From contig MU054001.1 in NCBI GenBank assembly GCA_013239625.1, positions 1,615,884 to 1,679,883 on the forward strand: DNA of 64,000 nucleotides, in the 5' to 3' direction. The position numbers were made by a program, and so were the translations under genes. Below are positions 13,908-26,408 of the stretch, piece by piece. The notes beneath the pieces were generated by a model, which saw nothing but the letters and a program-made list of their open reading frames with translations, did no database searches and was not told the origin of the DNA. Position 1 is the first letter of the stretch. Every line of letters starts with the position of its first letter. Origin of the DNA: Lama guanicoe (Eukaryota).

Positions 13908-14702
13908 TTTATTGTGGTGAAATTCACATAACATAAAATTAACTATTTTAAAGTGAACAATTCAGTGGCATTTAGTACATTGAAAATGCTGGACAACCAT
14001 GACCTCTTCCTAGTTTCAAAACACTTCCATCACTCCAAAACAAAACCCTGAATACATTAAGCATTTATAACCTATTACCCTCTCCCCAGCCCTTGACAAC
14101 TGCTAATCTGCTCTCTGTTTCTATGGATTTACCTATTTGGGATGTTTCATATAAATGAAATCATACAATATGTGACCTTTTGTGTCTGGGTTTTTTCATT
14201 TAGCATAGTGTTTTTGAGGTCCGTCCATTTTGTAGTATGTATCAGTGTTTCAGTCCTTTTTGTGGCTAAATAATATTCCATTGTATGAATAACCATGATT
14301 TGTTTGTCCATTTATCCATTGATGGACATTTGTGTTGTTTCTCCCTTTTGGTTAATGTGAACATTGTTGCTATGAACATTTTGATACAAATGTTTGAGTA
14401 CCTGTTGTCAACTCTTTGGGGGTATATATATAGCAGAAGTGCAATTGCTGGGTCATGTGACAATTCTATGTAACTTTTTGAGGAGCTGACAAACTGTTTT
14501 TCACAACAATTGAACCATCTTACATTTCCACTGGCAATATTCAAGGTTTCCAATTTCTCCACAACTTTGCAAAACTTGCAAGGATTTCAAATATTAAATT
14601 TTTAATAGTCATTCTTGTGAGTGTGAGGTGATATCTCATTATGGTTTTGATTTGTATTTCCCTAATGACTCGTGATGTTGAACATCTTATCATGTGCTTG
14701 TT
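13908..14702 (-). mobile_element. L1MB-like 3' end
   Basis: Decayed ORF2 C-terminus on the minus strand (ORF 14266-14562, ...MFIATMFTLTKREKQHKCPSMDKW...) plus a typical L1MB 3' UTR. Confidence 0.85.
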
Positions 14703-17700
14703 TATAGAAAAACAATTTTAGACAAGAATTCAGGGAGTATTGTACCAATGAGTCCTTCCTGAGGAATCTATCAGAAGACCACCTTCGTCCAACTAAGAGA
14801 TGAATGAGGAAACTGTTTAAAAGCCTCGTGGTAAGCACTGACTATATTTAACTATAGAGGTTAGACCAACCAAAAGTGAGGACAAGACGGAAGACTAGTA
14901 CATAGATGTGATGTGCTCTAAGAAAGTAGATATAACACCATTTCTTTTTTAATGAGAGGAAAAGATGAATAGAAATGAGAAACTAGAACAAGTTCATTTT
15001 GGTTTCACATGGGTTATGGGTCAGAGTCAAAGATATCATTTAAAGCAGACAAATCAGGTAGTAGAGGCCTAAAAAAAGAAAGCAGGCATTATATAAAGAT
15101 ATTAGTGAAAAGATAATTACTAAAACAAAACCCACAAATAATTCTAATCACCAACATTTTTTTAACTAAGAAGCAAAGAAAACAGACCAGAGAATGAAAA
15201 ACATATAGTAAATATAAAATAATAGGACAGAGCTAAGATCTAGCATTTAAGTTGCAAAAATAAATGTAAATGGTCTTAACTAACTTATGAGAAAAGAATT
15301 TAAGATTGTCTTACAAGGCAAAATTCAACTCTATACTGTAAGAGATACTCAAAGAAAAAAAATCAGAGATTGTGAACTTGATATCTGACAAGATGAAATT
15401 TGTGAAGGAAATAGGACTTAATGAGACAAAGGACTCTTTATGATAATAAAGGCCATAATTCACAGAGGAGATATAAAAGTTATTAATAACTATGATCAGA
15501 TAACGTAGCAGCAAACTTCATAGAGCATATAGAAGAGAAATACATGGAGATACATTTAGAGGAGAATTGTAAGATCTACTCTTCACTCAAGACAGAGCAA
15601 ATGGGCTAATTAAATAAATAAGAATATAGCAAATCTAAACAACAGAATCCCAAGGTAGATCTTATTCATACTCTTCACCCTTACTAAAGAGATTATTTCC
15701 TCTTTCCAAATACACATGGAACATTCATGTAAACTAACCATATGTGAGGTCACTAAGGAAACTTCGATAAGTTTTTTTAAGTAAAAATAATGCAAACCAA
15801 CAACATTGTCTTAACACAATACAGGAAGACTGAAAATAAATAAAATCAAAAGGCATGAGGTCTTCTCCATCTGGAAATTTTAAAGTATTAAAAAAATTCT
15901 CTAGTCAAAGGGGAAATATAAATTGAAATTGAATAATTTCTTTTAAAAATGATGATTATGAAAACACTATATAGCAAGTCTCTGAGATAAAATTAAAGCA
16001 AAGATTAAAAAGAGAGTGCATGATTAAATATTTATAAGAATTGAAAGTGTAACAATAAACGAATTAAATATCTGTCTCAAAACTTAGAAAAGGAACAAAA
16101 AGGAAAACTAATGAAAGTTGAGAGAAGGAAATAGCAAAGATAAAAGCACAAATAATTGATTTTAAAAAACCAAACTGAAGAACTAATAAAAAGATCTTTC
16201 TTTGAAAAAAAATTAACAAAACATATCTAATCATTACAAAAGAGAGAAAGCACAAATACAAACTGAAACATGATGACTGGAGATGAACTATTGAATCAGT
16301 GGTTATTCTAAGATACCGGGAATCTAAGTTGAACAATTCTGTGCAAATACATTTGAAAACCTAGATGAAATGGATAATTTTCTAGAAAATGCAACTCACC
16401 AGAGTTTACCTTGTAGAGATAGAAAGTTTAAAAGATCAATTTCCATAGAGGAAATACAGTTATTAAGGAGCTAATCCCCAAAAGCACTAGGCCCAGAAGG
16501 TTTTGTAGGTCTTCACAGACTAGATCATTTTAATGCTACTCAAACTGCTTTAGAGAAGTAAAGAGGAAAACTTCCATAGTCTTTTAAAGAAGTGAATATA
16601 TCATTGTTTCACAAACCAAAAAAACACTGCGTGCACATACTCGAAAGAAAACTAGAGGCTAATCTCACTTAGGAATATTGAAGCAAAACTCCTAAGAAAA
16701 ATATCAGCAAATAGAACTGAGCACCACATTTTATACATATATATATTTATGATATATGTAATATTTATTACAATTTATGATCAAGAGATGTTTATTTCAG
16801 GAATGCAATGAGGCTCACAATGTCTAGAAACAGACCCAAATACATACAATTAAGGTAGCATATCAAATTACTGGAGAGAAGTGGACTACTCAGTAATGAT
16901 GTTGGAGCCACTAAAAAGACTTGAAGTAGAAAATTAATCAGATCCCTACTCATACCTTGAACCAAAATAAACTCTATAAATATTTACATGTAAAAAAATG
17001 AAACCATAAATGCACTAGAAGTAAACAAATAATTATTTTTAGCTAAAATCTCAAGTGGGGATAGCCTCTGTAAGTAAGACACAAAATCCAGAAGCTATGG
17101 GAAAAAAAAAAGTAATGAATTTGACTAAGCAAAAAATAAAATTTTCCTCATGGCAAATTTAAAAATCAAAAAATCAAAAGGCAAATGAAAACCTTAGGAA
17201 AATATTTGCTAAAAATGGGGTAAACAGCTGATTTCTTTAATACATGAAGAGCTCCTAAAAACAATAAGAAAAGCAACCCATAATAAAATGGGTAAAGGTT
17301 ATGAACAATTTACAGAAAAGAAAATTCAACTGGCTTAATGATGTGAATACAACATTCATGCTATTGAATGTGATGATATTGATGATGGTATCAAACATGG
17401 AAAAGATGCTCAGCCTGCTCATAATAACAAAAATGCAAATTGAAACCACAATGAGATAAAAGTTTTCAACTAACAGATTGACAAGAGCAAAAATTTTATC
17501 ATTCACGGTGCCAACAGGGCTGTGGGAAGCAGGCACACTCACACGTTGCTGGTGGGAGGGTAATTCCTGCAAACCTTATGGTGATCAATTTGGCAGTTCT
17601 ATCAAAATGTAAAATACACTTATCTTACAATCTACTAATTCCACTTCTAAGACTTTATCCCAAAGATGTCCTTGCAAATGTAAGAAATAACGTATGGACG

Positions 17701-17869
17701 AGGTTATTTATTTCATCATTGGTTAAGAAAGCAAAAATGGGAAACACCCTGATTATCCAGTTGGAAATTCACCCAATAAACTATGTTATGCTCATGAAAT
17801 TGAATATTCTGCTACTGTTTAAAAGAAGTCAACCTTAGCTGACTTATATGGAATAATTTCCAAGATAGA

Positions 17870-18112
17870 TTTTTGTTTGATTTTGGCCTTAAAACAACAG
17901 AAATTTATTCAGAGTTCTGGAGGCTTGAAGTGTGAAACAAAGGTGTCGGCAGAGCCATAGTCCCTCTGAAGGCTCCAGGAAGAATCTGATCCAGGCCTGT
18001 CTCCTGGCGTCTGGTGGTCACTGGTAAGTCTTTGGCATTCCTTAGTTTCTAGACCCATCACTCCAGTCTACCTCTGTCTTAACAGAGCATTCTCCTCTCT
18101 GTGTCTGTGTCT
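17870..18112 (-). mobile_element. MLT1 (MaLR) LTR fragment ending at its polyA site, with an A-rich tail
   Basis: cttaaaacaacagaaatttattc...gttctggaggcttgaagtgtgaaacaaaggtgtcggcagagcca is antisense MLT1; the U5 part is absent. Confidence 0.8.
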
Positions 18113-18329
18113 CCAAAATACACTTTCAAGTGAAAAGGTAAAGTGAGCATAGTGTGTGGTTTATGCAGTAAATTATGTAAAACCATATATGTACATGTGT
18201 TTGAATGTAAATAAAATACCCTTGAAACTATACTTAAGAAGTTGGTAATGGTAACTTCTGGGAAAGTGAACTGGCAGCTAGGAGAAGATGTAGAAGAAAA
18301 ACTTACTTTTTACTCTATTTACATTTGTA

Positions 18330-18930
18330 TATTATTTACAGCTATATTAAGATATATTTCACATACCATTAAATTCATCCATTTAAAGTGTACAGTTAAG
18401 TGCTTTTTAATATATTACAGTGTTCTACAACCATCACCAAAATCAAATTTTAGGACATTTTCAGCACTCCACAAAGAAAACACACATACAGAGCAATCAT
18501 TCTCCATTCCCAGCTTCCCTGCCCTTGGCCCCAGGTGACCACTAATCTACTTTCTGTCTCTCTGGATTTGCCTATACATTTCACATACACGGAAGCACAT
18601 AATATGTGGTTTTCTGACTGGCTACTTTCACTAAATAGCAAAATTTTTTCAAGGTTCATTCACATTGTAGTGTGCATGAGAATTTCATTCCTTTTTGTTG
18701 CTAAATAATATTCCATTGTATGAATATACCACATTTTATGTATTCATTCATCAGTTGATAGACATTTAGGTCTTTTTCCACTGAGGAATTTATGAATAAT
18801 GCTACTATGAACATTTGTGTACCCGTTTTTCCATGGATGTATGTTTTCATTACTCTTGGGTATATGGCAACTCTGTTTAACTTTTTGAGGAACTGCCAGT
18901 TTTCAGAAAGGGCTGCACCATTTTCCATTT
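18330..18930 (-). mobile_element. L1MB-like 3' end
   Basis: attcatccatttaaagtgtaca...accactaatctactttctgtctct...aataatattccattgtatgaatataccacattt. Confidence 0.8.
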
Positions 18931-19189
18931 ATACCTTTTGAATTTTGAACCATGTGCTAGTATTACTTGTCCAAAAGAATTAATAAGATATTGTTAAATA
19001 ATAAATTAGAGCTAAACCCATTGACTTGGAGAGATTCCTGGCATGTATTAAGAAGGATCTAAAGCATGATACCATAAAGTAAGAGAAAGATATATATAAT
19101 ATGCTCACACATTTATAAATTGAAGACAAAAAAACGTGTGTGTGTGCATGCAGATGCAACTTGTATAAATTATAAACGCTTTTGCATGC

Positions 19190-19590
19190 CAGGTGACAGT
19201 AAAGCAGACTAACGGTGGTTCAAACAAATAGGGGTTTGTTTTTCTTCCACGATTGGCAGTCTGAACGTAGACAGTTCCTAGCGTTGGTTCAATAGCTCAG
19301 TACGGCCCTGAAAGACCCAGACCCTTTCTGTATGTCTTCTCTACCATCTTTAATGTGTTGGTTTATCACTGCAAGGCACAAGATGCCCGTGGCACCTACA
19401 GGCATAATATGCACATTGTAGGCAGGAAGAAGAGCAAAGGGCAGATGAGTCAGCTAAACTTTTCCAGGAAGCCCCATGCAGCTAACTTCCACTAATATCT
19501 CATCAGCCAAAACTGGGTCACATGGCTACCTCTAGCTGCAAGGGAAGTAACCTAGGAAGTGTGAGGAAAGGATTGCCATTATTGTGTTGG
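19190..19590 (-). mobile_element. Old MLT1 (J/K/L-like) LTR
   Basis: atatctcatcagccaaaactgggtcacatggctacctctagctgcaagggaag is characteristic of old MLT1 LTRs. Confidence 0.65.
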
Positions 19591-19639
19591 GCCAATTAGA
19601 CCCGTCACCAGATGGTTCCATCTCTCAAGGAGGCCAGTC

Positions 19640-20430
19640 ATGCGCTGATGGCAACTTGATTACATTGGACTCCTACTTTCGGAGGGGGCAAGAATTTATT
19701 CTTACTGGAATTGATACTTCCTCTGAATATGTATTTGTTTTCTCTGTCCACAATGCCTCCACCAATACCACCACTGGAGGGATAACAAAGTCTGATTTAC
19801 CAAATGAGATCCCACACACATTGCCTCAGCTCAAGGGATTCCTTCTATAGAAGAGAATATGTGACTGTTTCTACCAAGTACTGGAGTGCCCAGAAGCAGC
19901 CATCCTAATAGAATGAAGGAAGGACCTATCCTAGGCCCAGCTAAAGTGCCTTCTTAGAGACAACTGAGCTAGTTGAGGTACTGTCTTCCAGGACATAAAT
20001 CATGTACTGATTCTCCAGCTGGTATGGTGCTTTGTCCCCAGGAGCTAAAATAGGTAGATCCAGAAACCAAAAGGTAGAAGTAGAGGTGCCCCCTTCACCA
20101 CCACTCCCAGTAACCCCCTTGCAGAATATGTGTTTCCCGTCCCCACAGTCTTAGGTCCTGTAAGGTCCTAGTTCCTGAGAGGGGAACCATTTCACCCAAG
20201 GGAACCCTGTAAGAGTCCCATTGAAGAGCCCAAAATAATGGGCTCCTCATGCCAATGGACTAATAGGCGTGGGGGGGGGAGGTAAAAAGAAATAACTATA
20301 TGTGGTGGATTAATGGTGGCCACAAACTCCCCCCATAAAGATAGGATCTATTTTACCACCTCTTTGAATCCGGGCCGTGCCTGTGACTGCTTCACCAAGA
20401 GAATACAGCGACCATGATGCGATGGCGGTG
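19640..20430 (+). mobile_element. ERVL/MaLR internal fragment (integrase relic) plus start of an LTR
   Basis: tggcaacttgattacattgga...caagaatttattcttactggaattgatact reads WQLDYIG...QEFILTGIDT across a frameshift, an ERVL integrase core motif. A G-run near 20271 precedes an LTR-like tgtggtgg start near 20301. Confidence 0.7.
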
Positions 20431-21129
20431 CATGATGTCACCTTTAAAAAATCCCCCAGTTCCTCTGAGGAGTTCGTCACTTACCTATCATCTGAGATCA
20501 TTGGCTGGTAAACTCACAGACTGTGGTATCTGTTAGATCAGGAATGCCAATCTCTTTTCCCAGAGTTGTCCCTGACACGTATTTCACTGGAGTCCAACTC
20601 CTTGGAATGTGACTTTCTTGTCACTGTCATCACCGTTTCTTGCCACGGCAACTCCTAGTACAAGTCCTGATGTGTAGCATGTCCTTAGCAGCTTTGGTCT
20701 CTGCTGCTGGGAGCGGTGACAGAGGGCATGGTCCCATGGAACACTATTACTAGTTTCCAGGGAACGGAGAGACACCTCTGATGATAATACCTGGCTTTCA
20801 GTTCAAGCAAAATGTCAGGAACAACAGCTCAGAGAGTGGTTGCCACCTACTAATACCAAGTCAGGACTCATACATGCAGCCTGATCTGTTCCTACTGCAG
20901 ACGTCTCACTTGAAATAAATAGGCTATTTACAAAGTAACTGTAAATACATGTTTTCCTGGTACATGTCCATGGGGATGATTTGCACGGAAGCATCCTCAA
21001 ATGCCAAACAGAACATTACCGCGGAGCTTTAGTGGATACAAAATCATCGTCTACGTGGCAATTAACAGCCCACTTTGGGTTAGCCTTATTATGGTCGTTG
21101 TTTTTGTTATTAAAACCAGCGACACATCA

Positions 21130-22330
21130 AAGTCCTGATCCATGAAAGAAGTAATTGATACCCTGGACTTCATTAAAATTTAAAACTTCTGCTCTGTAAA
21201 AGACACTGTCAAGAGAATGAGAAGCTAAACCACAGGCTGGGAGAAAATATTTGCAGAAGAGGTATCTGATAAAGGACTGTTATCCAAAATATACAAAGAA
21301 CTCTTGAAACTCAACAATAAGGAAATAAAAAAATCTTTAAATGGAACAAAGATCTGAAAAGACATCTCACCAAAGAGGATAGACAGATGGAAAGTAAGCA
21401 TATGAAAAGATGCTCTACATCATACGTTATTATGGAATCACCAATTAAAACAAGATACCACTATACTCTTATTAGAATGGCCAATATCTGGAATACTGAC
21501 AGCATCAACGCTGACAAGAATGACATGACAGCAACTCTCAAATGTTCCTGTTGTGAATGCAAAATGGTACAGCTACTTTGGAAGACAGTCTGGCAGTTTA
21601 TTACAAAGCTGAACATATTCTTACCATACGATCCAGTAATCAAGCTCCTTGATATTCACCCAAATGAGTTGAAAACATGCCCACACTAAAACCTGCATAC
21701 AGATGTTTAGAGGAGCCTTACCCATAAATGCCAAAACTTGGAACCAAGATGCACTTCAGTAGGTGCCCTTCAATGCGGTGCATTCAGACAATGGGAAGTT
21801 ACTCAGTACAAAAAAGCAATGAATCGTGAAAGCCATGAAAAGACACAAAAGGAAACTTAAATGCATATTACTAAGTGAAAGAAGCCGACCTGAAAGGCTA
21901 CATACTGTATGATTCCAACTATGTGATACCCTATAAAAGGCAAAACTGTGGAGAAAATGAAAAGATCAGAAGTTACCAGGAGATAGAGAGGCGGGAAGGA
22001 TGAATAGGTGGCATGTAGAGGATTGTAAGGGCAGTGACTCTATTCTGTATGATACTAGAATGGTGGACACATGTCATTATACATTTGTCCAAACCCATAG
22101 AATGTACAGCAGCAAGAGTGAACCCTAATGTAAACTATGGACTTAATGATGTGTGGATGTAAGTTTACCAAGCAACAAATGTACCACTCAAGGGCTGAAT
22201 GTTGATAGGGAGGGGAGACTGCATGTGCAAGGCGTTGGGGGGATGGGGGAAGACAAGAGAATTACGTACTTTCCACTCAGTTTTGCTATGAACCCAAAAC
22301 TGCTCTAAAAAATGAAGTCTATTTTTAAAA
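21130..22330 (+). mobile_element. L1MC-like ORF2 C-terminus and 3' UTR
   Basis: ORF 21387-21689 (KHMKRCSTS...YHYTLIRMA...QLLWKTVW) plus 3' UTR cattatacatttgtccaaacccatagaatgtac...gtgaaccctaatgtaaactatggact. Confidence 0.85.
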
Positions 22331-23161
22331 CTATAGAAGAGCCTTACATTTTTTTCCTCACCTTCTGCTTCTTTGAAACCCTGGAGCTGTTTAGATATTA
22401 AGAAGCTCTTTCATATAAGAATTTTGGATGACAGTAGAAATGGATAGCTTACAACTATAAGAAAATGGAGACAGCTGAGTCCACTGAGTGAGGTTCACCA
22501 CTTTTGCTACTAACTGACCACATGTCCATAATCAGGCCAACTTCCTTGGACCTTTCACCTCAATCTGAATATGAGCATATTGGACTTGATGGTTCTAAAA
22601 TCACCTGCAGCTTGAAATTGTGATTCTTTCATTTTTATTTTCCATTTTTTATTTCCATGGTCAAAAATGGTAAAGTTTCAGGGCCACTGCCACTCTGGAC
22701 CCAATTAATCTAGGGAGAGATTAACTCTGGAAGCCAGGCAGGTACTTGTACTGGATAAATAAGAGGAAAGATGTTGCAGGACCAGAGAGAGACATCAGCC
22801 AGCGAACTTGGCAGCAGTCTGTCCTTCACGTAGGAGAGATTTGGGGCTGACAGAAGATCTGTTGTGACTTACACAGTGAGGATCTCAGGCACAGATTTCT
22901 CCCCAATAGAGGAAGAATCGAATGATTCAGTACAGATATTCTGAAGGGACACAGCTAGAACACAAGAGACACAGAGAAGATCATGAAATAGAAGGAAAAA
23001 GAACTGTGAACGTTGATCAGATTTTATTTTCTTAAAAGGTTAAAAAGAGGATTACACTGTGTTGATGGCAGAATAACAACTGAAACCTCTGGATAAAACA
23101 TAAAAAGCAAAAATCTGAATGCACTGGAGAAAGTCCCAAAGCAGGTAAAAGCAAGAGAAAC

Positions 23162-23168
23162 CTCTCTT

Positions 23169-23199
<31 letters not shown>

Positions 23200-23202
23200 T
23201 TG

Positions 23203-23235
<33 letters not shown>
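23162..23235 (+). repeat. Compound (CT)n-(CA)n microsatellite
   Basis: Directly visible CT array followed by a CA array. Confidence 0.97.
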
Positions 23236-23238
<3 letters not shown>

Positions 23239-23239
23239 T

Positions 23240-24780
23240 TTTGCCTGAGGGCAGGCCTTAGCTACCACACAGCTGGCTATAAGAGGCATGAATTATCAGA
23301 GGAGTTTAGGATAACCAGAGCAGCTAGAAAGCAGAAAGTTTGGGGGAACATCTTAAAAAGAAGAGCTCCACAGCAGGGGAGCCCTAAATTCAGTGTATAA
23401 ACTTTGCCCAAATCTCTGGCTGCCTCTGACCTACCCATGGGGCAGATTTCAAGCAGTCCAACTAAGGATAAAAGAACTGAGATTTCAGTTGCTGCCCACC
23501 ACAAAGGAGATAGTTTGGAGTTTGAATTCACCGAGTTAACTGCTCATTAAACAGACAAACAAACAAAACAAACAAAATCAAGAATCTTCAGAGGAATATA
23601 ATGAATCCAGGGTCTTTACAAAATATCATTCATAATTTTCAGGATATTATCCAAAATTACTAGACATACAAAGACACGAGAAAATGGGATCCATACTTAA
23701 GAGAGAAGGTAACCAGTGGAGACACTAATCCCAAGATGACCCAGAAGTTGAGATTCTCAGACAGGATTTTAAAGCAGCTATTATAACTATGCTCAGTAGT
23801 GCAAAGAAAGACATGCGTGTGATAAAGGAACGAATAGGAAATCCAGGCAGAGAAATAGAAACAATGAAAAAGACCCAAGTGGAAATTCTAGAACTAAAAA
23901 TTGAAACCTGAAATTTTAAATGTTCAGCTGGTGGGGAGGGATAAATTGGGAGTTTGGGATTAGCAGATACAAACTACTATATACAGAACAGATAAACAAT
24001 AAGGTCCTGCTGTGTAGCACAGGGAACTATATTCAATATCTTGTAATAATCTATAATGAAAAAGAATATGAAAAGGAATATACATATATCTGATATACAT
24101 ATATATGATATATATAACTGAATCACTATGCTGTACACCAGAAACTAACACAACATTGTAAATCAACAATACTTCAATTTAAAAAACAAAAAATAAAATG
24201 CACAGCTGACTGTAGATAACAAAAGAGTTAGATTAAAAATATATCAATAGAAACAATCTCATCTAAGGATCCCAGAGGAAAAAGATTTCAAAAGTGAACA
24301 GAGCTTCAGTGATCTGTGGGAAAATATGAAAAAAGAATCTAGTATACATGTAATTGGGATCCTAAACAGAGAGGAGAGACAAAAATGGAAAAAATATTTG
24401 AAGAAACCAAAATAGGACACATAAAAGTAAACTACACCTGGGTGTTACCGTAGTTAATCTGCTGAAAACCAAAAATTCAGAGAAAATCTTGAGCAGCCAA
24501 AGATAAGTGGCATACTACATATCAGTGAACAATGTTACCAATGATCTCTGGCTTATCATTAGACAAAATGGAGGCCAGAGAACAGGGGAAGCACATCTTT
24601 AAAATGCTGAGGGAAAACTTGCCAACTCATAATTCTGTATCTACAAATATCCTTCAAGAGTAAGGCAAAATGAAAATATTTTCAATAAATAAAAGGTTAG
24701 AGAATTTGCTATCAGCAGACCTGCACTACAAAGAATCCTACTGGAAGTTCTTCAGGCTGGAGGGAAAACAATACTGTATA
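23240..24780 (+). mobile_element. Old L1 5'/ORF1 remnant
   Basis: atgacccagaagttgaga...tttaaagcagctattataactatgctc; gaacagagcttcagtgatctgtggga; agagaatttgctatcagcagacctgcactaca. Confidence 0.75.
23931..24195 (+). mobile_element. Short artiodactyl-type L1 3' end inserted in the older L1
   Basis: gagggataaattgggagtttgggattagcagatac...tagcacagggaactatattcaatatc...A tail. Degenerate TSD aaatgttcagctg (23918-23930) / aaatgcacagctg (24196-24208). Confidence 0.9.
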
Positions 24781-24864
24781 GAAAGTCTCCATTAAAACTG
24801 CCAATAATGTAAAAGACTTACGACCAAACATCACCATCGTGGAGGTAATAAAACATTACATAAT

Positions 24865-25530
24865 CATTGATGCTGTTCACCAAATATTTCTGCTTTTCCT
24901 CCTTTTAGGCATACATGGTAGAATTGCCCATTCCACTTATTGAAGTTGGCTATGGTCATATAACTTGCTTTAGTTCACAACACGTGGCAGAAACTTTATC
25001 AAAGTGTACAATTTGCCTCATGTTCTTTTTTCCAGCCCTAGCAATCATAAAAACACAGAGATGGCATAGACCCCAGCCAACCTTCAATGGATATAGAGTA
25101 TGGAATGGAATGAGCTTTTGGGGGTTGTGTGTTACTACCGCATAACCTAGCCTATCCTGACTGATACAGAAATTAGTACCTAAAAAATGTTAACAACACA
25201 AAATAAAATACACAGCACTGGCTTATGCGCAGGGATTCAACTGTACAGAAACTGTTCTCTTGATGCCTGGAAGGCTGATGTGACTTGCAGTGGCAAAAAT
25301 GGTATAAATTGTCTCCTGTGATCACTTGGAAGGCAGATAATTTATCCAATGAAAACTCTTTCCTTGCAAAATGGAAACCAGCAGATAATTTTTAAGATAG
25401 TGGTTGTGCTGTCAGCACATCCTAGCAGTGAGAGTATGTGGAACCTGACAGACATGAGAAATAAACTTTTTTTAAAGACACTGAGATTTGGGCTTTTGTT
25501 ACTGCAGCAGAAATCAACCCATTCTGACTG
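24865..25530 (+). mobile_element. MLT1-type LTR/internal remnants
   Basis: ttgtgtgttactaccgcataacctagcctatcctgactgataca LTR end, internal-start-like gaaattagtacc, and a second LTR end (agaaataaact...tttgttactgcagca). Confidence 0.6.
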
Positions 25531-26148
25531 TTAACAAAAAGAGGCACTACAACTGCACCCTGGGATCATTTGCCCAGTCGTGGGCGTGGAGTGTGGCTGT
25601 GGGCAGTGGGCAAACCACCCTGTTCTTTCCCCTAACACCAACAAAGCAGAGGCAGATGGGCATCTAGGACTGCGGGACCATCTATGGCTGCTTGAAATTG
25701 GAAATAACCCCACTTCCAACAAAAGGCTAAAAGCAATGCTTAGGACTGTCATGAGCAGAGAATGAAGGGCAGAAGAAAATCCACTTGACAAGTGCTCAAC
25801 TCTGATAACCTTGAAACTTCTTTTCTCTATATTGAAAAGAATTAAAATAACAGCCGACCCCCGAGAGAAGAGTCATCGCCAACACCGGCAGGTTCCACAA
25901 CAATGATACATCGTGTGAAAAGAACAAGCAGTATAGCGGCATATACTGTGTGATCCCACCCTTGTTGTTAAGAAGATATAATTATTTATATGAAAAGTCT
26001 AGAGACACATATTTTAAAATATCAGTGGTTGGCTACCTCTAAGGCATGGGTGGTGTCTATTTCTTTTTTATTTTATCTGTACTTTTTCATTCTTCTAAAA
26101 TGAATCCATAGTATTTGTGAAATAAAAGCTTTAAGACTAAACAAACAT

Positions 26149-26408
26149 AACAGTTACACATCACTATATAAAATAGGTAACAAGGACCTATGGTATAGCA
26201 CAGGGAACAATATTCAATTTTTTTTAATATTCAATTTCTTGTACTGAGCTGTAATGGAAAAGAATCTGAAAAAAATATATATATATGTATATGTATAACT
26301 GAATTGCTTTGCTGTATACTGGAAACTAACATTGTAAATCGACCACACTTCAATTGAAAAAAAAGAATTAAAAAAAGAAAAAGAAAAAAGAAAAACAAAC
26401 AAACAAAC
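26149..26408 (+). mobile_element. Short artiodactyl-type L1 3' end with an A-rich/(AAAC)n tail
   Basis: aacaaggacctatggtatagcacagggaacaatattcaa...cacacttcaattgaaaaaa; possible TSD aaacaaacat. Confidence 0.85.

Larger units (their letters stand above)
13200..18320 (+). mobile_element. Ancient L1 (L1ME-like) ORF1-ORF2-3' remnant with nested insertions
   Basis: Decayed ORF2 landmarks: aataaatgtaaatggtcttaac (EN start), catggaacattc, tttgaaaacctagatgaaatggataattt, atgcaaattgaaaccacaatgagat. Confidence 0.75.

Noticed and set aside
20440..21120. Unique-looking island inside the transposon block as an exon or pseudogene
   Set aside because: Only short frames, no protein I recognise and no convincing splice-site pair.
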